Shown here: positions 39,509 to 50,800 of the stretch, in pieces
How the letters are laid out: every line of letters begins with the position of its first letter
How positions within the stretch are numbered: position 1 is the first letter of the stretch
IMG/VR virus record: IMGVR_UViG_3300035501_000922
Source: a virus
Lineage: Duplodnaviria; Caudoviricetes
Direction: 5' to 3' (one strand)
DNA length: 64,000 bases
Position numbers and translations under genes: made by a program
Notes under the pieces: model-generated
Database searches by the model: none
Told to the model about the DNA's origin: nothing
Seen by the model: the letters and a program-made list of their open reading frames with translations, nothing else

Positions 39509-41602
39509 ATGGCAGAAGAAAATAGTGTAGCTGTAATTACATCAGATCCAATATCTACTACTGATTCAGGTTTAAAACTTTACCTGAGAATAAGAGTACT
39601 AAGTCAGGATTTAAAAACCAACTCATCTAATGTAAGAATAGCTGTGTTAGCAACTAGAACAGATAGTAAAACAACTTCTTTAAAATCTTTTAGCCTTGAT
39701 GGGTATGTAAGTTCAAAAACGTCAACAAGTGATCTGGATGAATACGGAGCTGGCTCAGATGCTAATTTTACCACTCGTACAATTAAAAAAGGTACTAATA
39801 CAGTAATATGGAGAAATGATAGTGACAGTGGAGATAATGGTGTAAAATTTACGCACGATAAAGTCGGATCGAAGACTATAACAATGTCTCTAACTACATT
39901 TAAGGCTAATTCAACAACTATTTTAAATAAAACAAAGAGTGGTGCACCATCAATTTCATTAGTTATACCAGATTTAGGAACGGCTTCAACAATATCAAGT
40001 ATTTCTGGCAATTCAACTTTAGGTACTTCAGGAACATTATCTGTAGCCATGAATGCTAGTCAGATAGGGTTTACACATAAGCTTATGTTTAAAATAGGTA
40101 ACACAAGTTATACCCTAAATGCAGGTTCGGCTTCTAAGAGATATACAGATTTTACATACGCACATACACTACAAGAAACTCTTATGAAAGAATTTAAAAC
40201 GGAAACATCAATGACCATGACGGTTGTATTATATACATATCGAAATGGAACTTTAGTAGGGTCAAGCTATAAAAATCACACCGTCAGCATATCAAATAGT
40301 ATCGGGCCATCAATAACAGTAAATTCATCATCTGCATATGCTACAAAAAATGTCTGGAGAGTAGATGATATCAAAGGTACTATAGCGAAATACGGTGAAA
40401 GTGGTACTGTACCAGATGATGGTGAGACACTAATAATTGGTGGTAAAACCTTATTTAAATATGATATTTCAATAGGACATGCAAAAACGTATGATATGTC
40501 ACCAATAAAAACAATAACAATACGTGATTCTAAAAATGTGTACTATAGTTGTCAGTATACAATGACTGATAACAAGCTTGTTGTACAATTGGCTAGTTCA
40601 TTTACTGTTAAATCAACATATGCATCACCATTATATATATCTGTAACTAATTTTCGTGGTAAAACGATAACAAAAACACTTTTATCAGATATAAACTACG
40701 ATTATACTTCACCATCGGCTACTATCACAAAAATTGAAAAAATAAATAACTCATTAAAAATTACATTTAAGTACCATGGATGCACCTTTGGTGATAAAGA
40801 ACATGTTCATAATTTCGTAGAGTTTTATCTGTATGGTCATGATCGCACGGAAGCTAATGACAATCGATGGAAATCATATGATAACAATGTAATGAAATTA
40901 TATGAGAACGGTATGGGTACCCACTTTGGCAACGATGACAGTTTAAGCTATAGTACATCATCAAATGGAAATACATATAGTGTAACGTTAGATGCTAGTA
41001 ATTTTGACAATTCCGATCTTGATTCATATGATTTTAAAGTTTTGTATTGTGACTCATTTTCATGTGGTGAATCAAATACTTTATCTTATATAAATAAAGC
41101 AACATTTCTAAACTTCAATGCAGATAGCCAATCTATCGGTATTGGAGGAAAAGCAAGTATTGTTAATGACAATAGTGTTACAATTGCTGATGGATGGGGT
41201 TTATATTTACCAACAGGTGATTATACACCTTCAAGTTCTTCAGGTGATGCACTGTATATGAATACTACAACAGGTTTGATTTGTAAATTATCATCGGCAC
41301 TCAGATACAAAGATGATGTAAACTATGATATAGATAAAGAAAAGATACACGAAATAGTATCAAACTTTAAGCCTGTAACGTTTAAATATAAAAATAGTAA
41401 TGATGTAGAATATGGTTTAATAGCAGATGACCTTGATAAGTTAGATAATAAACTGGTTGTATATAATCAGGATGGCTCAGTTGAAAACTTCAGAGACCGT
41501 GGTATTTTAGCAATGTTAATTGTTGAAATTCAACGTCAGAATGCTATAATTGAATCATTATATAAAAAACTCGAAGATAAAGAAAATAAAGAAGACGAAT
41601 AA
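39509..41602 (+). CDS. Tail fibre/spike with DUF859-like N-terminus and C-terminal intramolecular chaperone (peptidase S74-like)
   Basis: SQDLKTNSSNV N-terminus; SSALRYKDDV...KPVTFKYK...GLIADDL plus a coiled-coil end. Confidence 0.72.
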   Translation: MAEENSVAVITSDPISTTDSGLKLYLRIRVLSQDLKTNSSNVRIAVLATRTDSKTTSLKSFSLDGYVSSKTSTSDLDEYGAGSDANFTTRTIKKGTNTVIWRNDSDSGDNGVKFTHDKVGSKTITMSLTTFKANSTTILNKTKSGAPSISLVIPDLGTASTISSISGNSTLGTSGTLSVAMNASQIGFTHKLMFKIGNTSYTLNAGSASKRYTDFTYAHTLQETLMKEFKTETSMTMTVVLYTYRNGTLVGSSYKNHTVSISNSIGPSITVNSSSAYATKNVWRVDDIKGTIAKYGESGTVPDDGETLIIGGKTLFKYDISIGHAKTYDMSPIKTITIRDSKNVYYSCQYTMTDNKLVVQLASSFTVKSTYASPLYISVTNFRGKTITKTLLSDINYDYTSPSATITKIEKINNSLKITFKYHGCTFGDKEHVHNFVEFYLYGHDRTEANDNRWKSYDNNVMKLYENGMGTHFGNDDSLSYSTSSNGNTYSVTLDASNFDNSDLDSYDFKVLYCDSFSCGESNTLSYINKATFLNFNADSQSIGIGGKASIVNDNSVTIADGWGLYLPTGDYTPSSSSGDALYMNTTTGLICKLSSALRYKDDVNYDIDKEKIHEIVSNFKPVTFKYKNSNDVEYGLIADDLDKLDNKLVVYNQDGSVENFRDRGILAMLIVEIQRQNAIIESLYKKLEDKENKEDE

Positions 41603-41606
41603 ATAA

Positions 41607-41642
41607 AATGAAGAGATACAGAAATTTCTGTATCTCTTCATT
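41607..41642. terminator. Perfect 36-bp palindrome; bidirectional terminator
   Basis: aatgaagagatacagaaa|tttctgtatctcttcatt. Confidence 0.8.
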
Positions 41643-41645
41643 ATT

Positions 41646-42686
41646 TTAATCGTTCACGATATTTGTTTTAATGACATAATCCCCAACTTCAATATCTGAT
41701 ATATCAGATATTACGTCAGATTTGTGAACCATCTTAGATGAATCAAAATCATCATCAGGATATTCGTCTTCAACTACTTTAAGTGACAAAGCATTATCTA
41801 CAGTACTTCGCTCATATACAATAGTTTTCTCGGCTTCAGTAGTACTTGATGTATTCGTATCATTAGGTGTACTTACCTCAAGTACATCATTTGAGTTGTT
41901 CTTGAGTTTAATATTTTCTGTTAATATACTATTGATAACCTCGTCATTATAAATAACAATGATTTTTGTTAAATCAAGATTAATTGATAAATTAATGATA
42001 CGAGGTTTAAAGTCATTAACAATTGGTTGAATTTCAATACCCTCAGTACGTGTTGAATATACAGGAATCTTATTTTCCAACGCAGTATTAATCGTACATG
42101 ACTTGCAATTATAAGACTTAGAATAAATTGACGGATGATTGCTAACATCCTCGTCTTTAAACTTATCTTGATAAATTGAAACATCATTAATAGAAATTGT
42201 GGTTCTCTTATTCTTTGTACACATAATACCATACGGTAAGGTATCTGTAATCATCCAGTCTAAATCAACCTGAAGATGTTTAATTCTTCTGTATACACAC
42301 TCATTCTCAGCATTTACACCAAGAGGATAAACAAAGTCTGTACTCTTGATAGGTTTGATTATAACTGAGTGTTCAATCTCTTTTTGACTTGAATCATATA
42401 CGGTGTAATCAACTGCAACCGTATAGCTATCATATACCTTATCAATTTCTGTAATACCATTATCTTTTATAAAATCAATAATCGTATCAGCATTTTCTTT
42501 ATTGGACTTAATATTGGAGAAATCGAAATCACTAAAATACAAAGAAGCTTTAGTAATCTTTTGATAAGGATCATTAGTTTGATTTACACTGTTAGGAGTA
42601 ATCGTCTTTACGTCTGTAATAGGTGCTGTAACATCCTGTAACATCTGATATATAGCACCGTCGTTTATAGTATAAATAGATTTCAT
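41646..42686 (-). CDS. Hypothetical virion-associated protein with a C-terminal ~48-aa shared module
   Basis: Ends YERSTVDNALSLKVVEDEYPDDDFDSSKMVHKSDVISDISDIEVGDYV. Confidence 0.6.
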   Translation of the reverse strand: MKSIYTINDGAIYQMLQDVTAPITDVKTITPNSVNQTNDPYQKITKASLYFSDFDFSNIKSNKENADTIIDFIKDNGITEIDKVYDSYTVAVDYTVYDSSQKEIEHSVIIKPIKSTDFVYPLGVNAENECVYRRIKHLQVDLDWMITDTLPYGIMCTKNKRTTISINDVSIYQDKFKDEDVSNHPSIYSKSYNCKSCTINTALENKIPVYSTRTEGIEIQPIVNDFKPRIINLSINLDLTKIIVIYNDEVINSILTENIKLKNNSNDVLEVSTPNDTNTSSTTEAEKTIVYERSTVDNALSLKVVEDEYPDDDFDSSKMVHKSDVISDISDIEVGDYVIKTNIVND

Positions 42687-42687
42687 A

Positions 42688-43290
42688 TTAATCACCCTTT
42701 CGTATTATTTTTCTTTTATTAAAATTAGAATCATAATCTTCCATGTATGAAATGGTTACTTCAATACGTGGTTTAACCGAATAATATTTTGATGTTGTTC
42801 CTTCTACAATTAACGAGTCATCATATATTAGAAAACCCTGACACATGTCACAATATGTTTTAGCAACATTATCCCAGTCAGGTTTTGAAGTTGGTCTAAT
42901 GAATCCTAATTCTGCACACACCTTTTCAACTGCACTCATACTACTAGGAATTGGAAAGTATGCATTGCAATAGAATTTAGTGGGTGTTGTTATTATATCT
43001 ATGTCCTGATTTGTCATGAATTTTTCAAATATTTTTTTATTATCTTTTGCCCCTTTTACATAAAATACTCCATTCTTACCACTTCTAGGTCGAGGTGTTG
43101 CTTTAGGTAAAAGATAAATAGTATATTTTATAGTTTTCCATTTTATATTCTTTATACGTGATATTTCATCATTGATCTTCTTTTGAGATTTTTTCAGATT
43201 TATTGTACGCAATAAATAATTGAGTCTCTCATCAGAGTCAGATGGAATATCACCGTATTTTTCGTTGTATTCTTTTTCAATCTTTAACAT
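42688..43290 (-). CDS. RusA-like Holliday junction resolvase
   Basis: PKATPRPR, KPDWDNVAKTYCD, DDSLIV and KYYSVKPRIEV motifs. Confidence 0.85.
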   Translation of the reverse strand: MLKIEKEYNEKYGDIPSDSDERLNYLLRTINLKKSQKKINDEISRIKNIKWKTIKYTIYLLPKATPRPRSGKNGVFYVKGAKDNKKIFEKFMTNQDIDIITTPTKFYCNAYFPIPSSMSAVEKVCAELGFIRPTSKPDWDNVAKTYCDMCQGFLIYDDSLIVEGTTSKYYSVKPRIEVTISYMEDYDSNFNKRKIIRKGD

Positions 43291-43295
43291 AATTC

Positions 43296-44798
43296 TTATC
43301 CCATTAAAGTCACAAATTTAGTAATTACACTATCCATATATTCATTAACAGCACTAGATATGTTGTTATCAATATCACTAAATGCGTTACCATACGAACT
43401 CATTATCAAATTAACTTTTGTCTTTACCGATGTTGCAAGTATTGATAAACCGCAATTTGTTGCTAGGTATTCTATTAAACTAGAATTATTAACGAATAAT
43501 GTCGGGTCGCTCGATGAGCTCATAGTTAATGCACTGTACAAATCAGCTATGCTGAGGGTTACATCAACTTCATTTGGTAAACCTTCAGCAGACCAAGAAT
43601 CAGATACTCTCTGAATTTGTATACTTTCAACTAAACCCATATTACAACTAAATACACCATCGACATATGCTTTGATTAAAAATGGTGAACTGTAGGTATT
43701 AGCTGTACCTTGTCTTGGTAAAGCTAATGCTAATAAATGCATCATTGGAACAAATATATTCATATAATATCCAAGTTTATTTCCATAAGGAGTTTTTAAA
43801 TGAACTGTCACGCTATAGCTTTTGGTATATGTGCTACTCTGATATATCTGTGGCAATATCATGTTTTCACCTTTGATAACTGAAGAACTAAGATTTAGTA
43901 TACGTGACATAAATGTTGATGTCTGTCCTACAATACCATCAGATGATGCATAACTAGAAATGAAGCTATTAATAGCATCCGCTGAACCAGATGCAAAATC
44001 AGCTATAGCATCAGCACTATCACCCAATCCACCTGAATTAGCTAAAAAAGCAATTTCTTTTAGCATACTCTGAGCGCTATCAAAAGCTGATTTGATCATT
44101 GAATCACCACTAGTATTAGACATAGTTTCATCAGCACCCGAGTCAGGATCAATATAAAACTGGACATAGTTTGATGTTGCTAATAAATTCTCCATCTCTT
44201 CAGCATCTTCATCAGTAGTACCTGTCGATGTACTTATTATAAATGCACCGCTTTGTATATTAGTTTTAATTGTTTCCCATCCTTGTTTTAGGCTGTCTAC
44301 TAAAGTTTTACCATCATTTCCTATTGATGTCAGTACTGATGAATATGTCGAGCCATCAGGCCGATAGTTCCTCCAATCATATTGTGCTAATGCTGTACCA
44401 TCTAAAGTATCAGTTATATTTAACATAACAGCACCTGCTCTACATAACGCATTAACATACTTCATATAATCAGTATAATTACGTTTAAAATCATATAAAC
44501 GTAAATCTTCATTTGTTGTACCAGTAATATAATCGGCTAACGATGAAAATCCAGAAGAACCTTCTAATATTGATGTTGTAAGAGCCTGTGTTACTGCTTC
44601 TTTTTCATCTTCATCATCGCTAGTATTAGGTAGATATTTCGGTTCTCCCGGTATAATTGTACATACGGGAGCTTCAATTAAAAAATTTCGCATATAGTTG
44701 CTACCAATACTGGTTGAGATATCTGACATCCTTGGATCAACATCATCAGTAAATTGATACGGAGCACCAAATAATCTCATTGATTTTTTAACAGCCAT
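43296..44798 (-). CDS. Putative tail/baseplate structural protein
   Basis: Late promoter; directly downstream of the giant tail protein; beta-rich C-terminus (LPNEVDVTLSIADL). Confidence 0.55.
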   Translation of the reverse strand: MAVKKSMRLFGAPYQFTDDVDPRMSDISTSIGSNYMRNFLIEAPVCTIIPGEPKYLPNTSDDEDEKEAVTQALTTSILEGSSGFSSLADYITGTTNEDLRLYDFKRNYTDYMKYVNALCRAGAVMLNITDTLDGTALAQYDWRNYRPDGSTYSSVLTSIGNDGKTLVDSLKQGWETIKTNIQSGAFIISTSTGTTDEDAEEMENLLATSNYVQFYIDPDSGADETMSNTSGDSMIKSAFDSAQSMLKEIAFLANSGGLGDSADAIADFASGSADAINSFISSYASSDGIVGQTSTFMSRILNLSSSVIKGENMILPQIYQSSTYTKSYSVTVHLKTPYGNKLGYYMNIFVPMMHLLALALPRQGTANTYSSPFLIKAYVDGVFSCNMGLVESIQIQRVSDSWSAEGLPNEVDVTLSIADLYSALTMSSSSDPTLFVNNSSLIEYLATNCGLSILATSVKTKVNLIMSSYGNAFSDIDNNISSAVNEYMDSVITKFVTLMG

Positions 44799-44861
44799 AT
44801 ATGAAATACCTTCTTTCTTTTAATAAAAAATGAATAATGAGAGTGAGAAAATCACTCTCAT

Positions 44862-44873
44862 TATTCATATGTT
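44862..44873 (-). promoter_or_regulatory. Late-type promoter AACA-N6-TA, overlapping the terminator hairpin at 44830-44868
   Basis: aaca-tatgaa-ta. Confidence 0.65.
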
Positions 44874-44889
44874 TTTAGTGTGTTTATTT

Positions 44890-47800
44890 TTAGATTCCTG
44901 CTGCTATTCTTTTAGCAAGCTTTTCATTTCGTGATTCTGTATGTTGCAGGGTATTAGAACCACTACTTGAACTTGTTGAATTTTTAGAATTGTTATTATT
45001 ATTTGATGTAACAAAAGTATTATTTGTCACACTATCACCATTGATATCAATAGACTTTAAATAATCAAGTTTATCACTTGAATCCAGTGTATTATTAGCT
45101 ATATCTTTCAATAAGCTTATAATGTTTGCAATTAAAGTACTATCTATCTGGTTTGCCGATGTAACACTGGAAGCTTTAAGAGAACTCTTATAATCCTTAA
45201 CAACATTATCCGCATTTGTAGACGATGATGTACTGTAGGTTGTTGATTGTTCATCATCACCTCTACCACCGCCGCCTTCATGAGGACCACATTGTACAGG
45301 AGCAAGAGTGCGTTGCTTAGATATCTTGGCTCCAGTACCACGCCCGCCACTTATTATCTTTCTACCGGTACCACTTCCACCGTCATCACCGTTTAATTTT
45401 TTTCTAGCGGCTATTACAGCGTCTGAAATATCCATACCTTCTGCTACATACTGGGTAACTAATTCACTCATTTTGGTAGAATCAGTACTACTATATGTAT
45501 CGTAGAATGCTTGCGCATATTTTGTACGCTTAGGCATGTTTGTATAATTCATATTAGATCTTTCATATCCTGCTTCAAATTGTTTTGCAGCAGTAACCGG
45601 GTTAGTAGCTTTCTTGAACTCATCTACAGTAGTATTTGGGGCATTCCATCTTTTCGAAGGATTTTGTTTAAACGCCCAGTTTTCTGCATCTATGGTACTA
45701 TCAAGATAGTCCATCTGCATACTAACATTATTTTTCCATCCGTCAATACCTTTTCCAAGTTTTTCTGAATACGCACCAATCTTAGTTTTCCAAGGTGTCC
45801 ACTGTATTAATCCTCCTCCTCCGTCATTAGAGTATACCGCAGGATTAAATGCAGACTCTTGCTGAATATTACCCATGATACCAGCTGTAGCTGCAGATGA
45901 ATATCCTTTTTTGATTAATGCGTTCCATACTTGTGCCTGTACATCTGTTCCGTTAGTTGTTGTACCATCGGAACTAGAGTCATCACTACTGCTATCACTA
46001 CTAGAAGTACTAGATTTTAAACTTGCGATGTAGGATTCATAATCAGTATCATAATTACCAGTAAATGCACCATTAACTAAACGGTTACCTATTTCACCCA
46101 TAAGGCTAGTAACACCTGTTAATATACCACCAGCCGTTGCTGTCCCAGTTGTAGTTTCACTGTTTCCTGTTGCTGCAGAATTAGGTGGTCTCCATATCTC
46201 TTCATAAGCATAATTTGCACCACCTACAGTATCAGTTGCAAGCAAGCCCTCATCACAACCACAGTTCCATGATTGGTGAGATGCAGCACTATCACCACTA
46301 GAATAAATTTCACCATGTGCATTGTGTTTAATTAGAATATCACCTTGGTTTAACTTATCCCAACCGGGGAAAGTCATTCTGGTAAAGCCAGCATTGGCAA
46401 GATCATCAATTAAAGTTTGGCTAGAAGAAGATCCACCAAAATTATGTGATGAGTAACCACCAGTTGGCATATCATCATCGGGAACTGCACCATAATACCA
46501 TAAACATGCCGATACGAATCCTGTACAATCTCGTCTAAACCCTCTTTTTCCTTTATCACCAAAATCAAATGTGAAATTTTCTTGTTTATACGCGTTGTCT
46601 GTTGTGTATCCAGCGGCTAACAATTGTTCTGAGAATAATTGCTTAACTTTTTGTACACATTCAATCCAACCCGCAGGACTATCAGAACCACTGGAGTCAT
46701 CAGTAGTTTTTACTGTGTCATATGTTTTAAGGACTTTACGTATTTTTGATAATATTTGTTTTTTATGCTTCATGCCACTATCAGTCGTATCATCTGCCGT
46801 TGTGGTAGCCTTGTATGTTATTGTTTGCGCTTTATATTTATCATACGGACTCTTATAGATTCCTTGGTTTTTATCATTAACCGTCGAATGATTTAAAACA
46901 TGCTTATACTCTGCATTAGTAATGTCATTTTCTACCTCGGTCTGAGTTTTTGAATTCTCCCATGAATTTTTATATTTAGTAGGCCAACCAAAGAAATCAG
47001 ATGTATATGTATAACCACCATTACTAGTTCGTTGTATGGTTCCATCAGTAGATTCACCAAATCCTCCACGAATTAATGGTTTACTTCCAAATCCGCCGCC
47101 TCGTCTGATTCTACCAAGTCCAAATCCACCATTTTGTCCTTTTGTAGCGTTGGATATAAATGATTTAGCTCTTGATAAAATTGAGGGGCGGCCTGAACCT
47201 GAGCCACCACCTGTACTTACAGTTGTACTTGCACCAATTGTTGACATTATCTTGCTCATTATTGATTTATATGTCGTATCATTATAGTGCAATCCATCTG
47301 AAGTACCCATCTCATTTTTTGTAAATCCATCTTTAATATATGAGTATACGTCTACCCAACCAACATCAGATGGAAGAGCATCTTTTAAGCTTTTATTAAA
47401 TTTCTCAATACCAGAGTTTGAACTTGTATAATTTTTATTACACGGACCTACTGATATGTAGTAAATCTTCGCTCCAAGTTTTGTCATTTCTGTTTTTACA
47501 AATTTAGCATACTTATCAGCATTATTTACATCATTTACACCATGCCACATAAGGACTACTGTGTTTGAATCAACGTATTTCTTGGCGAGGTTATATGCGG
47601 TTTCACTTAACCAATCAAATCCACTACCTTCTTTAGCAATATATGTTACATTGTCTTTTGTTCCAATATACCCTGTTTGTTGAATATATGGACCACCCAT
47701 AGCACTACACATACCAACTGTTCTGGAGTCACCAATCATGACAATCTTTTTACCGGAATTATCAGTACTACTTGTATCTGAAGTAGATGATGAACTTGAT

Positions 47801-50800
47801 GAACTTGAATTATGTAGACTTGAAATATATGATGAATAATCTGAATCATAATTGCCTGTAAAAGCACCATTGACAAAACGGTTTCCTATTTCACCCATAA
47901 GGCTACTCAAACCTGAAAGTATACTATTAGTTGATGAGCTTGATGAGGAATCGGATGAGGAATCAACTACAGTATTAGTTGATGTGTCATATGTAGAGTC
48001 ATCACTTGAAGTACTATCCCCACAGTATACATATCCGTGTATACTTCTTTTATTATTCCAATCATCAATTGATTGAACTTTAAGTTTACCATCATCTGAA
48101 TCAACGACGTTATTTGCGGGGTTGTTAGCTTCAGTATAGTATACCTTGTTGTTATCGGTATCAACATCTTCTACAAACATTACGTGTCCGTATTGTGAGC
48201 TACTACCTAAAGAAACAAGTGAATTAGCTTTTAATGATGTGCCAGTATCATAACCATCTTTTGTTGCTTTGCTATATATTTCTCCTCCATTACCTCTGGG
48301 TCGGTCTGTTATTCCTTCCCATCCACATTTTTCATACGCACGACCCTCGGCGTACCATGTACACTGTCCTTCACTTAATTGGTTAATAGGTGATTTATAT
48401 GCATCGCTATCGAAATTAGCAAGGCGTGTACCAAGTTTGCTCTCAAGTGCTGAACCAAAACCGCCACCTTGTCCAAATGACCAAGCAGCTCCAGTTTGTG
48501 ATGCAACATCATCGACATTAAATTTCTTTGAGTATGATTTACCTCTCGGGTCACTTATATCTATATTACCGTTATTATCAATACCAGTTGCAACGACATA
48601 ATGTCCAGCGGGTGTATATGGAGTATCTCCACTGCCAAATCCGCCAGTGCCAGAAGCACCAGAAAGTATCATTGGTTTTCCCTGCTCTAATTGCGATTGA
48701 ATATATTCACCTGAAGGATTAAATTGCTCAGTAGAATTAATACCGTATGCAGCGGATGCTTTATCTATGAAGTTCCAGTTAGTACCAGTACTATCTCTAT
48801 CACCAGTCATTTGAGCAAGTGACGCTGTTTCTGTAGGTGTAACATTTTGACCCGTCATCTGTGATGCAACCATTGACATTGCTGTCGGTCCACATCCAGT
48901 ATCACCCATTGTAGCACCATCATTACCATATGCACTATTCTTCCAATCGGAATCATTCTGCGAATAGTAAGAAAATCCGTTTACTGTATCAGCTCCACGA
49001 CCACCGTGAGGTGAACGTAGACGTCTGAATCCCATACCGGAACCTCCCATAATAGATGGTTCACCGTAATCGTCAGTATCGAAATCATCAACTGTATGTC
49101 CATCACCAGAACCACCAGTAATCCATTTAGTAAATTTAGTCCAACCTGCGGATACTGTTGATTTAGCTTTATCCCATGATTCTTTTACAGATTTCTTGAT
49201 TTTATCTACTGCGTTTTTAGCAGCACTGTCTTTTTGTATTTTACCCTTTGTAAGTAATCCTGTAGTTATCTTTTCTTGTACTTCATCAGCGTCAATACCT
49301 TTTTCAATAAGGTCATTATTAGCATTATAGTAATCAAACTTCTTACCATTTTTAACATAGTAGTTTCCATTTGCATCAAACCACGCTTCTTGTGAACTTG
49401 ATGATACCAATTTCTTAATTGAACCTATAATGCCATTTTCTTGTATTGACTTAAATACTGATGATACCTTAGATTTCATATTTTTATAAAGATCCTTTGC
49501 TTTAGATACACCTGTACTCCAAGCATTTGATAACTTATCTTTTATATTATTTAAACCTTCCTTAAGACTTGAGGAATTAACAACAGCCTCACCCTCAGTA
49601 AGATTACCAGAATTAATCTGTTCCGTTATTGTTTCAGAGTCCACATTTTCTTCAATTAAATCACCTGTAGCATTGTAATGATCGAATCCACTACCATTAG
49701 CAACATAGTAGCTACCATCAGTATCATACCACGCTTTTTCCTTCTTTGAAGTTAATGACTTAATTACAGAAGTTAAAGGACTAGCAACTTTACTAGCTAG
49801 TTTACCCCATTTAGTATCACTGAGTTTACTTAGTTTAGTAAATACACCACTAGCTTTTTCTTTTACAGACGAGAAGATGTTCTTTGCCTTATCTCCGATA
49901 GCACTAGCAATTGTTCCGATTTTATTCTTTACAGTTGCTGTACCTTCTTCGAGTTCTCCAGCAGTAATTCTTTCCTGAATTTCATCAGCATCAACATCTT
50001 CATCAATTTTACTACCATTAGCATTATAATGGTCAAAACTCTTTCCGTTTGCTACATAATAAGAACCATCTGTATCATACCAAGCAGTTTCTTTTTTAGT
50101 AGTTAAAAACTTAGCTGCCTTCTTAGCTACATTCTTAACCTTCTTAGTAGTATCTTTTACTTTATCTTTAGCTTTATTAAAAAGCTTTTTAGTTGAACCC
50201 AGAGGGTCTTTTATAAAATTCTTAGCTCCATTTTTAACTTTCTTAGCAGTATCTTTTACCTTATCTTTACCCTTATTGAATAGGTTTTTGGCACCTTTAC
50301 CAAGTTTCTTAAGACCATTTTTACCTTTGTTGAATAGCTTCGTAGCACCGTTCTTAAGTTTTTTACCCGCATTTTTGGCTTTATCAACACCAGCGGCTAT
50401 TAAATCTCCACCTTTATCAGCCATAGATGAAAATGTATTTTTAACATTCTTACCAAACTGCTTAGCTTTATCAACACCAGCAGCTATTAAATCTCCACCT
50501 TTATCTATAAGGTTATCATATGCATCAGCTATTTGAGCACCTACTGTTTTATTTTGGTCATCGTTCCAATCAGCAAACGAATCATATTTAACGGTATATG
50601 TACCATCGTTAACACCATCGATATAGTCAGCGAGAGATACCTCATTACCATCTATTTCACCATTTTTAACAGCGGTTTCGTATGCATCTTCAATTTCTCC
50701 TTGGCGATATTCTTCATATTCGCCTTTCCATTCAATTTGGGCATCTTGTAATTTATCTACATCTTTGTCTTTTGCAACGATGTTATATATTGCACATGCT

